Assembly (NCBI GenBank): GCA_963772085.1
Contig: CAVYWH010000010.1
Coordinates: 17,257-81,256 of the forward strand
Reading direction: 5' to 3'
Length of the DNA: 64,000 bases
Source: Ilumatobacteraceae bacterium
GTDB lineage: Bacteria; Actinomycetota; Acidimicrobiia; Acidimicrobiales; Ilumatobacteraceae
A program made the translations under genes and the position numbers. A model generated the notes under the pieces. That model did no database searches and was not told the origin of the DNA. It saw only the letters and a program-made list of their open reading frames with translations. Shown in pieces: positions 9,922 through 22,537 of the stretch (its first letter is position 1; each line of letters opens with the position of its first letter).

Positions 9922-10530
9922 ATGGGTCTCTTCGGACGTGTCGGCAAAGGCACGCCCTCCGACTGGTTGGTCGTGGGCCTCGGCAACCCCGGGCCGAAGT
10001 ACGCGGGCAGCCGGCACAACGTCGGTGAGCAGGCCGTCACGCTGCTCGCGCAGCGTTGGGGCGTCACCCTCAAGGGCGGGCGCGACAACGCATTGACCGC
10101 CGAGAGCCGGTTCGCCGACCAGCGCGTGGTCCTCGCGTTCCCGATCACGTTCATGAACGACTCCGGCCAGGCGGTCGGCGCGCTCGTGCGCCGGTACCGG
10201 ATCGAAACTCCCGAGCAGGTCATCGTCGTGCAGGACGAACTCGATCTGGCACCCGGCGACCTCAAGGTCAAAGCGGGCGGCGGTCTCGCCGGCCACAACG
10301 GCCTGCGCTCGATCAACCAGCACCTGAAGTCGACCGACTTCCTGCGCGTGCGCATCGGGGTCGGCAAGCCGCCGTCGAAGGAATCCGGGGCCGGACACGT
10401 GCTCTCGAAGGTGCCGAAGCAGGAACGCGAACTGCTCGACATGCGCGTCGCCGACGCCGCAGACGCCGTCGAGCTCATCATCACGAGCGGAGTCGACGCG
10501 GCGATGCAGCGATTCAATGGCAAGCCATGA
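9922..10530 (+). CDS. pth: Peptidyl-tRNA hydrolase
   Basis: Intact 202-aa ORF: WLVVGLGNPGPKYAGSRHNVGEQ...FMNDSGQAV...GHNGLRSI. Confidence 0.95.
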   Translation: MGLFGRVGKGTPSDWLVVGLGNPGPKYAGSRHNVGEQAVTLLAQRWGVTLKGGRDNALTAESRFADQRVVLAFPITFMNDSGQAVGALVRRYRIETPEQVIVVQDELDLAPGDLKVKAGGGLAGHNGLRSINQHLKSTDFLRVRIGVGKPPSKESGAGHVLSKVPKQERELLDMRVADAADAVELIITSGVDAAMQRFNGKP

Positions 10531-13500
10531 CCGGCGAGCAGACCAGCGAGCACACCACGCGCCCCGCTCGGCTCGCTCCCCCAGTTCCTGCGTGACGAGC
10601 CAGGCCTCACCCGCGCCCTCGGCGACCCCAGCGCGCGCCTCGCCGTGGTCGAGGTGGCGCGACCCATCTCGATCGCCGCGCTCGCCGGTCTCTCGTCGAG
10701 CCGGCCGCTGATCGTCACGTGTCCGACCGGCACGATGGCGGGACAGCTGGCCGACGACCTCCGCCAGTTCCTCCCCGCCGACGAGGTCGTGCAGTTCCCC
10801 GGCTGGGAGACGCTGCCGTTCGAGCGGGTCAGCCCGAGCGTGGAGACCATGGGCCAGCGGCTCGAGGTGCTGTGGCGCCTCCGCGACCCCGAGCGCGTCC
10901 CGGCCGTGATCGTCACCGGCGTGCGGGCACTGCTGCAGAAGCTGGGCCCGGGAGCGACCACGCGTCGATCCGGTCATCGTGCGTCCCGGTGCCGAGATCG
11001 ACCCCGACCAGCTGTCGGCGACGCTCGTCGAGTTCGGGTACCGCCGCGAGGAGCTCGTCGAGCACCGTGGCGAGTTCGCCCGCCGCGGCGCGATCATCGA
11101 CGTCTACCCGTCGACCGCCGACGCCCCGATCCGCATCGACCTGTGGGGCGACGAGGTCGACCGGCTGACCACGTTCGGCGTCAACGACCAGCGCTCGATC
11201 GGCGACATCGACGAGGTCATGATCTTCCCCGCCCGCGAGCTGATGCCGACCGCCGACGTGCGCGAGCGAGCGGCCGGCCTCGTGGCGAGCGAACCGTGGG
11301 GCCGCGAGCAGTGGGAGCGCCTCGCCGAGGGCGTGCACTTCGACGGCATGGAGAGCTGGCTGCCGTGGTTGGTGGACGATTGGCAGGAGGGCGGCGGCCG
11401 GCTGCTCACCGACGTGCTGCCGCCGGCGGCGAAGCTGCTGCTGGTCGAGCCGCGCCGGATGCGCGACCGCGCGTTGGATCTCATCGCCGAGGAGGACGAC
11501 CTCGCCCGGACGCTGGCGTCGACGTGGGCCCGCGATCCGGATCGGTCCTTCCCCCGGCTCCACGCCGACCCCGACACGCTGCTGTCGGGCACGAACGCGT
11601 TCTGGTCGATCGACTCGACGCCCGAGTCGCCCGACACGCCGCTCGTCGAGGCATCGGGCTGGGGACCGGTCGCCGGCGACGGCACCGGCCTGACCGATCG
11701 GCTGACCGAGCTGATCGGGCGGGGCTTCCGTGTCGTCGTCGCCGCCGACGGGGCCGGCTCCGCCACCCGGCTGCGCGACCTGCTGCTCGGCAACGGGCTC
11801 GACTTCCCGGTCCTGTCGGCACAGGCGGCGAACGAGGTGCGCAAGGCCGGCGGCTCGATCGTCGTCGCGCCGTTGCATCGCGGGTGCACGCTGCCGAACG
11901 CCAAGGTGTCGATCGTCGCCGAGAGCGACCTCACCGGCCGTCGCCGCGCCCACCGCACCGCCCGGCCGCGGAAGCGCGCCGACGGTGCGAGCACGTTCGA
12001 AGACCTCAAGGCCGGCAACTACGTGGTGCACCACCAGCACGGCGTCGGCAAGTACGAGGGCATGGTCAAGCGGGCGATCGGCGGCGTCGAGCGCGACTAC
12101 CTGCTCATCTCGTACAAGGGCGGCGACAAGCTCTACGTGCCGAGCGACCAGATCGACACGCTGCGCCAGTACGTGGGTGGCGAGGCGCCGGCGCTGCACC
12201 GCCTCGGTGGGTCCGACTTCGCCAAGACGAAGAGCCGCGTCCGCTCGGCCGTGCGCGAGATCGCCCAGGAACTCGTCGTGCTCTACCAGAAGCGGGTCAA
12301 CGCCGAAGGCCACTCATTCGCCCAGGACACGCCGTGGCAGGCCGAGATGGAAGAGGCGTTCCCGTTCGTCGAGACACCCGACCAGCGCACCGCCATCGAC
12401 GAGATCAAGCGCGACATGGAGCTGGCCCACCCCATGGACCGCCTGGTGTGCGGCGACGTCGGCTTCGGCAAGACCGAGGTCGCCATCCGGGCCGCGTTCA
12501 AGGCGATCCAGGACGGCAAGCAGGTCGCGGTGCTCGCCCCGACGACCCTGCTCGCCACGCAGCACGGCAACACGTTCGCCGACCGCTTCTCCGGCTTCCC
12601 GATCCGCGTCGAGGTGCTGTCGCGGTTCCTCACCACCGCCCAGGCGAAGAAGGTCATCGAAGGGGTCAAGACGGGCGAGGTCGACTGCATCATCGGCACC
12701 CACCGCCTGCTCGGCAACGACGTGAAGTTCAAGGACCTCGGTCTGCTGGTCGTCGACGAGGAGCAGCGGTTCGGCGTGCAGCACAAGGAGACGATGAAGA
12801 AGATGAAGACGAACGTCGACGTCCTCACGCTCTCCGCCACCCCGATCCCCCGCACCCTGGAGATGTCGCTCGTCGGCATCCGCGACCTGTCGCTGCTGCA
12901 GACGCCGCCCGCTGACCGCCAGCCGATCCTCACCTACGTCGGCGAGTACGACGAGCGCGTCGCCATCGAGGCGATCCGCCGCGAACTGCTCCGTGAGGGC
13001 CAGGTGTTCTGGGTCCACAACCGGGTGCAGTCGATCGAGACCGCCGCCCGCCGGCTGCGCGAACTCGTGCCCGAGGCGCGCATCTGCATCGCCCACGGGC
13101 AGATGGACGAGGGCAGCCTCGAATCGATCGTGCAGGACTTCTGGGACGGCGAGTACGACGTGCTCGTGTGCACCACGATCATCGAGTCGGGCATCGACAT
13201 GCCGACGGTCAACACGCTCGTCGTCGAACGCTCCGACCTGCTCGGCCTCGGCCAGATGCACCAGCTCCGCGGGCGCGTCGGTCGATCCGGATCTCGGGCC
13301 TACGCCTACCTGTTCCACCCGCGCGACAAGGTCCTCACCGAGGAGGCGTACGAGCGGCTGCGCACGATCGGCGAGTCGACCGAACTCGGCTCCGGCTTCA
13401 AGATCGCCATGCGCGACCTCGAGATCCGCGGTGCCGGCAACCTGCTCGGCGAGTCGCAGTCGGGCCACATCGCCGCGGTCGGCTACGACCTCTACTGCCA

Positions 13501-14014
13501 GATGGTCACCGAGGCCGTCAGCGAGATGAAGGGTGAGGCGCAACCGGAGAAGCCGGTCGAGATCAAGCTCGACGTGCCGACCGATTCGTTCCTGCCGACC
13601 GACTACGTGGCCAAGGAGGAGCTGCGCCTCGAGGCCTACCGCCGCCTGGCGTCGGTCACCAGCGCCGCCGAGGTCGACGACATCCGCACCGAGTGGGAGG
13701 ACCGCTACGGCCCGCTCCCCGATCCGGCGGCCGCGCTCCTCCAGGTCGGCTACCTGCGCGCCCAGTGCCACCGCCTCGGCATCACCGACATCCAGATCGC
13801 CTCGGGCCCGAACACCACGAACACGGCCAAGCTCGCACCGCTCACGCTCAAGCTCAGCGAAGCGATGCGACTGCGCCGCATCGCCAAGCTGGCGAAGTAC
13901 AAGGAAGACTTCGACAACCGTGGCGGCCAGCTCGTCGTCCCCCTGCCGAAGGGCAGCGAGCCGTCGGCGTTCCTGGTGCACTTCCTCGACGAGCTGATCC
14001 CGCTCGAAGCGTGA
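10527..14014 (+). pseudogene. mfd: Transcription-repair coupling factor; 5' end frame-shifted (near 10570 and at 10963), remaining 3 kb intact
   Basis: ORF 10979..14014 carries GDVGFGKTEVA, DEEQRFG and the TRG motif region. The N-terminal part LPQFLRDEPGLTRALGDPSARLAVVEVARPISIAALA...VIVTGVRALLQKLGPGATT is in the frame of ORF 10645... ATG 10527 overlaps the pth stop (ATGA). Confidence 0.9.
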
Positions 14015-14586
14015 CCGCTAGCCTCACCGTCGTGCATCGCCGCCAACTGACGATCCTGCTGCCCGCCGTCGCGATCCTCGCCGCCTCATCGCTCGGCGCG
14101 GGCTGTTCGACCGTCGAGAACGACGCCAGCGCGCGCGTCGAACGACACCGAGCTGAGCCCGGACGAGCTGACCGAGCTCGTCGAGGTCCTCGGTGGCCGA
14201 CGAGCCGGCGGATCGACCGACACGGCGATGCGGTCCGCAGCACGATCCAGACCTGGGTACTCGTCGAGGTGGCGGGCGCCCAGCTCGAGGCCGACGGCAC
14301 CGAGCTGACCGACGAAGAGCTCGCCGCGGCGGAGACGACGCTGAGCGACGGCCTGCCCGGATTCGCCGACCTCTCGACGTCGACCCGCGACATCCTCGTG
14401 AATGCGCAGGCGACGATCGATGCGATCAACGGCCTGAGCGACGGCGCGGCGTTCGTCCAGCTGGCGACCGCCAACGCCGACGTCTACATCGACCCGCGCT
14501 TCGGGCAGTTCGATCCCGCGGCTGGGGTGTTGCCGCTCGCGGTGGCGCCGGCGCCGGCGCCGGTCGACGCGCCCGCCGAGGGATAG
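14011..14586 (+). pseudogene. Putative lipoprotein of unknown function; frame interrupted
   Basis: GTG overlapping the mfd stop. Signal peptide plus lipobox LLPAVAILAASSLGAGCS. The central part (NDTELSPDELTELVEVLGG) is in another frame. C-terminus ...VLVEVAGAQLEADGTELTDEELAAAETTLSD...DVYIDPRFGQFDPAAG. Confidence 0.5.
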
Positions 14587-14594
14587 CTCGCGGC

Positions 14595-16097
14595 ATGACC
14601 GGCCGGACGACCGCGCGCATCGTCGTCGTCGGGCTCGGACCGGGCGGCCTCGACCACGTCACCGTCGAGACCGTCGCGGCGATCGAGCGGATTCCGGCGC
14701 CGCTTCCTGCGCACGGGTCGGCACCCGTCGGCGTCGCTCGTGACCGGCGCGACGACGTTCGACGACCTGTACGAAGCGGCCGACACGTTCGACGACGTCT
14801 ACGTCGAGATCGCCGACGCGCTGCTGGCCGCCGCCGCGGGCCCACGGCGAGATCCTCTATGCCGTGCCGGGCTCGCCGCTCGTGCTCGAGCGAACCGTGC
14901 GATATCTGCGGGAGCGATGTGGTGCCGGCGGCACCGACCACGACGTCGAACTCGAGATCCTGCCGGCGATGTCGTTCCTCGACGTCGCGTACGCCCGGCT
15001 CGGTATCGACCCGGTCGAAGCCGGCGTCCGTCTCGTCGACGGCCACGAGTTCGCCACCGCGGCCGCGGGCGAGCGGGGGCCGCTGCTCGTCGCCCACGCC
15101 CATGCCAACTGGGTCCTGTCGGAGATCAAGCTGGCGGTCGACGGCGCCACCGGCGACGAGTCGGTCACGATCCTCCAGGCGCTCGGCACGCCCGACGAAC
15201 GGATCGTCACCACCACGTGGGCCGAGCTCGATCGCACGATCGAGGCCGACCACCTCACGTCGTTGTACATCCCCGAGCTGGCCGCACCGGTGGGCGCCGA
15301 GTACGTCCGGTTCCATCAGCTCGCCCGCACCCTGCGCGAGGAATGCCCGTGGGACATCGAGCAGACGCACGAGTCGCTCGTGCCGTACCTGTTGGAGGAG
15401 ACCTACGAGGTCGTCGATGCCCTGCAGTCGCTCGACCCCGATGATCCGACCACCGACGAGCACCTCATCGAGGAACTCGGCGACCTCCTCTACCAGATCG
15501 AGTTCCACGCCACGATCGCCGAGCAGGACGGCCGGTTCACCATCGCCGACGTCGCGGCCGGCATCCACGACAAGCTCGTGCGGCGCCACCCGCACGTCTT
15601 CGGCACCGTGGCAGGTGAGGCCCGGCACCGAGCAGGTGCTCGCCAACTGGGACGACATCAAACGCGAGGAGAAGCAGCGGACCTCGGTGTTCGACGGCAT
15701 CCCCCGCTCGATGCCGTCGTTGGCGTACGCCGCCAAGGTCGGGGCGAAGGCGTCGAAGGTCGGCTTCGACTGGCCCGACGTCGACGGCGCGTTCCCGAAG
15801 ATCGTGGAGGAGACCGGCGAGTTGCGCACCACGATCGACGACGGCGATCCGACCGCCCAACGCGACGAACTCGGCGACCTGCTGTTCGCGATCGTCAACG
15901 TGGCGCGTCATCTCGACGTCGATCCGGAACTCGCGCTGCGTGCCGCGACCGACAAGTTCCGGACGCGCTTCGAAGCCGTCGAACGGCTGGCGAGCGAGCG
16001 CGGCATCGACCTGCGCTCGGCCGAGCTCGTCACCCTCGACACGCTGTGGGACGAGATCAAGGCCGGCGCGGTCGAGGCCACGGCGCCGCCGAGCTGA
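14595..16097 (+). pseudogene. mazG: MazG-family nucleoside triphosphate pyrophosphohydrolase with N-terminal tetrapyrrole-methylase-like domain; ~3 frame changes (near 14697, 14843, 15625)
   Basis: ARIVVVGLGPGGLDHVT... / GATTFDDLYEAADTFDDVYVEIAD / GSPLVLERTV...ECPWDIEQTHESLVPYLLEETYEVVDA...EELGDLLYQIEFH / VLANWDDIKREEK...ELGDLLFAIVNVARHL, spread over ORFs 14193.., 14740.. and 14864... Confidence 0.85.
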
Positions 16098-16182
16098 ACA
16101 CGGGCGGTGCGGCTGCCGTCAGCGGCACCCGAGCGAGGAAATCTTCACGAGCGTCCCGCTGCCGCGCGCCAGACTGGTCCGC

Positions 16183-17569
16183 GTGCGGCTCCAGATCGCC
16201 AACCCGTCCGCACACGCGGAGCTGGCCGGGCTGCCCTTTCGCGAGCGACTCGAAGACTGGGACCTCGACCGCATGCACGGCGTGCTCGGGCTCCACCGCC
16301 ACGTCGTGCGACTGATCGAGCTCGACGACGTGAGCTACGTGATCAAGGAACTCCCCGACGCGCTCGTCGAGCGGGAGTACCGGCTGCTGCGCGCGCTCGC
16401 CGACGACGGGTTGCCGACCGCCGAGGTCGTCGCCGCGCTCACCGGCAAGCCCGACGACGCCGACGGGATGTTGATCACCCGCCACCTCGACTACTCGCTG
16501 CCGTATCGCACGCTGCTCGCCGGTCGGGGGCTCACCATCCCCTACCTGGGCGAACGCATGCTCGACGCCCTCGTCGGGCTGCTGGTGCGGCTCCACCTCG
16601 CCGGCTTCTACTGGGGCGACTGCTCGCTGTCGAACACCCTGTTCCGCCGTGACGCGGGGGCGTTGGCCGCGTACATCATCGACCTCGAGACCGGGGAGCG
16701 CTACCCCAGCCTCACCGCCGGCCAGCGTCAACTCGACCTGAACATCGCCACCGAGAACGTCGCCGGCGGTCTGCTCGACCTCCAGATGGGTGGCCGTCTC
16801 GCCGCCGACATCGACCCGTGGGAGGTGTCGACCCAGATCGAGGAGCGGTACAGCTCGTTGTGGACGGAGTTGACCGCGCCGGACGAGTTCGCCGCCGGCG
16901 AGACGTACCGGATCGAACAGCGGCTGCAACGCCTCCACCAGCTGGGCTACGACGTCGAGGAGATGGAGATCGTCGGGTCGCCCGATGGCCAGCGGCTCCG
17001 CTACATCCCGCGCGTGGTGGAGCACGGGTTCCACTCGGAGCGGCTGAAGAGCCTGACCGGGCTCGAGACGACGGAGAACCAGGCCCGCCGCCTGCTCGGC
17101 GACATCAGGACCTTCGGCACGGAACTGCAGCAACGGCGCGCCCGCGAGAGCGCGCGATCCGGCGTCCCCCTGCGGGCGCTGCCGGAGAACGTCGCTGGCG
17201 GTGCGCTGGCTCGATCAGCGGTTCGAACCGCTGATCGCGCAGGTCCCGCCGGCGCTGCATTCCAAGCTCGAGGCCGCGGAGATCTTCCACCAGCTGTTGG
17301 AACACCGGTGGTTCCTGTCCGAGAGCGCCGACGCCGACATCTCGCTCGAGGACGCGCTGGCGTCGTACATCGCCGACGTGCTCGCCGATGCTCCCGATGA
17401 ACTGCTGTCGCTCGGCGAGGTGACCGCCGAACTGCCGATCATCGTCGCCGACCCGTCGCCGACGGATCCGCCGTCCTCGAAACCGGCTCGCCCGGCCTCC
17501 GAGCCGACGCTGAATCCGGCTCGTGGCCCGGATCCACGAGCCACCGGTGCGCGGTGCCAGCTACGTTGA
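16183..17569 (+). pseudogene. DUF4032-domain protein (kinase-like fold family, function unknown); one frame change near 17195
   Basis: LPFRERLEDWDLDRMHGVLGLHRHVVRLIELDDVSYVIKELPDALVEREYRLLRAL...GFYWGDCSLSNTLFRRDAGALAAYIIDLETGE (ORF 15940..17400), then RWLDQRFEPLIAQVPPALHSKLEAAEIFHQLLEHRWFLSE (ORF 17201..17569). The start codon (GTG 16183) is a guess. Confidence 0.6.
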
Positions 17570-18857
<1,288 letters not shown>

Positions 18858-18948
18858 CTGACGTGCGACACGTCGCGTCCGTGCCGGGCGACGACCGACG
18901 GACGATGATGACGTCGCAACCGTCCGGCCCGCCTGCGACAATGACCGC

Positions 18949-19440
18949 GTGAGCAGGTCGCAGACCACCTCGATCAAGCGGCCGCCAGCGCCTGCCGCCG
19001 ACGAGGGTCGTTCGCGCCTCGGCGACTTCACCCGACCGATCCCGGTCGAGAAGCGGCTCTCGCGCCGCCCCAAGGTCGCGCTGTTCGCGGGCCTGTTCGT
19101 GCTCGCCGTCTTCGGCGTGTTCGGGGCGGCCCTGTTCATCCTGCCGATCCAGACGTGGCGCGACCAGAGCGACGACCTCACCCAGCGCCAGGCCCAGTTG
19201 GACGAGCTCGAGAAGGTGAACGTCGAACTCGCGGCCGAGGTCGACCGGCTGCAGACCGAGGACGGCATCCGCGAAGCGGCCCGTGAGGAGATCGGCTACG
19301 TCGAGGCCGGCGAGGAGCGCACGTCGTTCCTGCCGTTGCCGCCGCTGCCCACCGACCTCCCCGACGGTTGGCCGTACAACGTGGTGACCAGCATCATCGA
19401 AGCCCGCCGGGCTGGTCCCGCGCCCGCTCCCGCCGACTAG
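18949..19440 (+). CDS. ftsB: Septum formation initiator family protein (FtsB/DivIC-like)
   Basis: Intact 163-aa ORF with one TM helix (VALFAGLFVLAVFGVFGAALFIL) followed by a coiled coil (QRQAQLDELEKVNVELAAEVDRLQTEDGIREAAREEIGYV). Sits in the usual position after eno. Confidence 0.8.
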   Translation: MSRSQTTSIKRPPAPAADEGRSRLGDFTRPIPVEKRLSRRPKVALFAGLFVLAVFGVFGAALFILPIQTWRDQSDDLTQRQAQLDELEKVNVELAAEVDRLQTEDGIREAAREEIGYVEAGEERTSFLPLPPLPTDLPDGWPYNVVTSIIEARRAGPAPAPAD

Positions 19441-19514
19441 GTTGCCTGCGGGCACCGTCACATCGACGGCATCGTCGACGCCCACATCGAGCGACATCGA
19501 GCAAAGGGGAATTC

Positions 19515-21801
19515 GTGGCTGGCAGCATTCTGGGTGAGCGGGTCCTTCGCAAGGAAGACCCGAAGTTCCTCACCACCGGCGGCGTGTACGTCGATGACAT
19601 GGTCGACGATCGCCTCACCGGCGCGGCGCACGTCGTCTACGTCCGTTCGTCCGCGGCGCACGGCACGATCCTGTCGATCGACGCCGACGAGGCCCGCACG
19701 ATGCCCGGCGTCATCGCCGTGTTCACCGCCGCCGACCTCGACTTGCAGCCCGTCCCCTCGTCGTTCAACCCGATGGTCGCCCGCACGCTGTTGGCGAGCG
19801 ACAAGGTGCGTTACGTCGGTGAGCCAGTCGTCGCGGTCGTCGCGGAGACCTCGGCCCAGGGCGTCGACGCCGCTGAAGCGGTGTTCGTCGACATCGACTT
19901 CCTGCCGGCGGTGGTCGACATCGAATCGGCCGCCACCTCCCCCACGTTGATCTACGAAGCCGCCGGCTCGAACGTCGTGTTCGACACGACCGTGCTCGGC
20001 ATGCCCGAGAACACACCGGCTGACGAGTACTTCGCCGACTGCGAGGTGACCGTCACCGGCCGCTTCCTCAACCAGCGCGTCGCGCCGTGCCCGCTCGAGG
20101 TTCGTGGTGCGGCGGCCGCGTGGATCGACGGTCGCCTGCACCAGTGGGTGTCGACCCAGCACGCCCAGGGAATCAAGGCCACCTACGTCGCCGCCAACGG
20201 GGTCGACGACGCCGACGTGCGCGTCCTGACACCCGACGTGGGTGGCGGGTTCGGCGCCAAGATCGGCTCGTACCCCGAAGAGCTCATGCTCGGTCCGATC
20301 GCCAAGCGGATCGGCCGGCCGGTCAGGTGGCGCGAGACCCGCAGCGAATCGATGATGGCGCTCGGCCACGGCCGCGCCCAGCTGCAGTACGTGACGCTCG
20401 GTGGCAGCCGTGACGGCAAGGTCACCCACTACCAACTCCACGCGATCCAGGACGCCGGCGGGTTCTGCGACATGGGCGCGATCCTGGCCCCGTTCATGAC
20501 CCGGCCGATGTCGTCCGGGGTGTACGCCATCCCGAACATCGAGGTGCGCACCACGTCGGTCGTCACGAACACCACGCCGATCGTCGCCTACCGTGGCGCC
20601 GGGCGCCCCGAGGCCACCGCGGCGATCGAACGAGGCATGGACCTCTTCGCCGCCGAGATCGGCATGGACGCCGCCGAGGTCCGGCGGATCAACCTGATCC
20701 CGAGGTTCCTCGAGTCGTACACGACCACGATCGGCCAGACCTACGACGTCGGCGACTACGAAACCGCGCTCGACAAGGCGCTGGAGGCGGCCGGTTACAC
20801 CGAGCTCCGCGCCGAGCAGGCCAAGCGTCGGGAGTCGGGTGACGACAAGCAACTCGGCATCGGCGTGAGCGTCTACGTCGAGATCACCGGCGGTGTCCCA
20901 CCGGCGGGCGACAACGCCAAGATCGAAGTGCACGACGACGGCTCGGCCACCGTGTACACCGGCACCTCTCCCCACGGTCAGGGACACGACACGGCCTGGT
21001 CGATGATCACGACGGAGCGGACCGGCATCCCGATGGACCGCATCACCCTGGTGTGGGGCGACACCGACCTCGTGCCGGAAGGCGGCGGCACGATGGGTTC
21101 GCGCTCGCTCCAGCACGGTGGATCGGCGGTGAACAAGGCCGCTCTCGAACTCGTCGAGAAGGCCCAGAAACTGGCCGCCGAACTGCTCGAAGCAGACGAG
21201 GCGGACATCGTGCTCGACAAGGATGCGGGCGCGTTCCACGTCGCCGGCACCCCGACCGTGTCGAAGACCTGGGCCGAACTCGCCGCGATCGTCGAAGGCC
21301 GACGATCCGCTGACCATCGACACCGTCTACAGCGGCAGCGGCGCCTCATTCCCGTTCGGTGCTCACGTGTCGGTCGTCGAGGTCGACACCCTCACCGGAC
21401 AGGTCAAGCACCTCCGCCAGATCGCCTGCGACGACGCCGGACGCGTCCTCAACCCGATGCTGCTCGAAGGCCAGATCCACGGCGGCATCGCCCAGGGGGC
21501 GGCGCAAGCGCTGCTCGAAGAGGTGCGCTACGACGACGACGGCAACCCGGTCACGTCCAACCTCGCCGACTACGGCATGATCTCGGCCGCCGAGCTGCCG
21601 AGCTTCGAGATCATCCACATGGAGACGCCGACGTTCCTCAACCCGTTGGGCGCGAAGGGGATCGGCGAGTCGGGCACCATCGGTTCGACGCCGGCGGTGC
21701 AATCGGCCGTCGTCGACGCGGTGAGCCATCTCGGTGTCCGCCACATCGACATGCCCGCCACCGCCGAACGCGTCTGGCAAGCCATCCGAGCCGCAGGGTG
21801 A
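19515..21801 (+). pseudogene. Molybdopterin-binding large subunit of the xanthine dehydrogenase/CO-dehydrogenase family (form II CoxL-like, orphan); one frame change near 21300
   Basis: GERVLRKEDPKFLTTGGVYVDD..., signature [18 protein letters not shown] (AYRGAGR rather than AYRCSFR). The C-terminal part DDPLTIDTVYSGSGASFPFGAHVSVVEVD...GAKGIGESGTIGSTPAV is in ORF 21223..21801. No adjacent small or medium subunit. Confidence 0.85.
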
Positions 21802-21831
21802 GGCCCGCCGGTCGGGTACAGTCGACGGACA

Positions 21832-21872
21832 CACCTGCAACGCTCGGTGCCTGACCCCGAACGTTGCAGGTG
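21832..21872. repeat. Hairpin CACCTGCAACG-[ctcGGTGCCTGACCCCgaa]-CGTTGCAGGTG (GGTGCCTGACCCC family)
   Basis: Perfect 11-bp stem. Ends 10 nt before the GGAGGA Shine-Dalgarno sequence of the HD gene (ATG 21893). Confidence 0.7.
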
Positions 21873-21892
21873 ACACGATCTGGAGGAGCGTC

Positions 21893-22477
21893 ATGACCGA
21901 CATCGCTGAACGATCGACCGAAGCCGAGACCGAGCACCCGCGAGCGCGGTTCAAGTCGTTCGAGGAGTCGACCGCGGAGGACTGGGCGATCATCACGCCG
22001 CAGCTCAACATCACCCAGTCGTTCGTCGCCGATCGCGTCATCCAGTTGATGCGCGACCTCGAGATCGACCACGGCGGGTTCCCCGTCAACCGGCTCGAGC
22101 ACAGCCTGCAGACCGCCACCCGGGCCGAGCGCGACGGGCAGGACGACGAGTACGTGCTGTGCGCGCTGCTCCACGACATCGGCGACACGCTCAGCCCGTT
22201 CAATCACCCCGAGATCGGGGCGGCGATCCTCAAGCCGTTCGTGTCCGAGGCCAACTACTTCATGGTCAAGAACCACGGTGCGTTCCAGGGGTACTACTTC
22301 TGGCACTACATCGGCCTCGACCAGAACGCCCGCGAAGCGTTCCGCGACTCGCCGTACTTCGACCACACCGAAGAGTTCTGCGCGAAGTACGACCAGACCG
22401 CGTTCGACGCCGACTACGTGAGCAACCCGCTCGAGCACTACGAACCGCTGATCCGCCAGATCCTGCGCTGCCGCTGA
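21893..22477 (+). CDS. HD-domain metal-dependent hydrolase/oxygenase-family protein
   Basis: Intact 194-aa reading frame from ATG 21893: NRLEHSLQTATRAERDGQDDEYVLCALLHDIGDTLSPFNHPEIGAAILKPF. The H...HD...H pattern is typical of HD-domain proteins. Confidence 0.65.
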   Translation: MTDIAERSTEAETEHPRARFKSFEESTAEDWAIITPQLNITQSFVADRVIQLMRDLEIDHGGFPVNRLEHSLQTATRAERDGQDDEYVLCALLHDIGDTLSPFNHPEIGAAILKPFVSEANYFMVKNHGAFQGYYFWHYIGLDQNAREAFRDSPYFDHTEEFCAKYDQTAFDADYVSNPLEHYEPLIRQILRCR

Positions 22478-22537
22478 GCCTCACCGCTGCCGCCCGTTGG
22501 GCCAATCGTGTACGGGGCCTGCTGCATCAGCTCGGGA

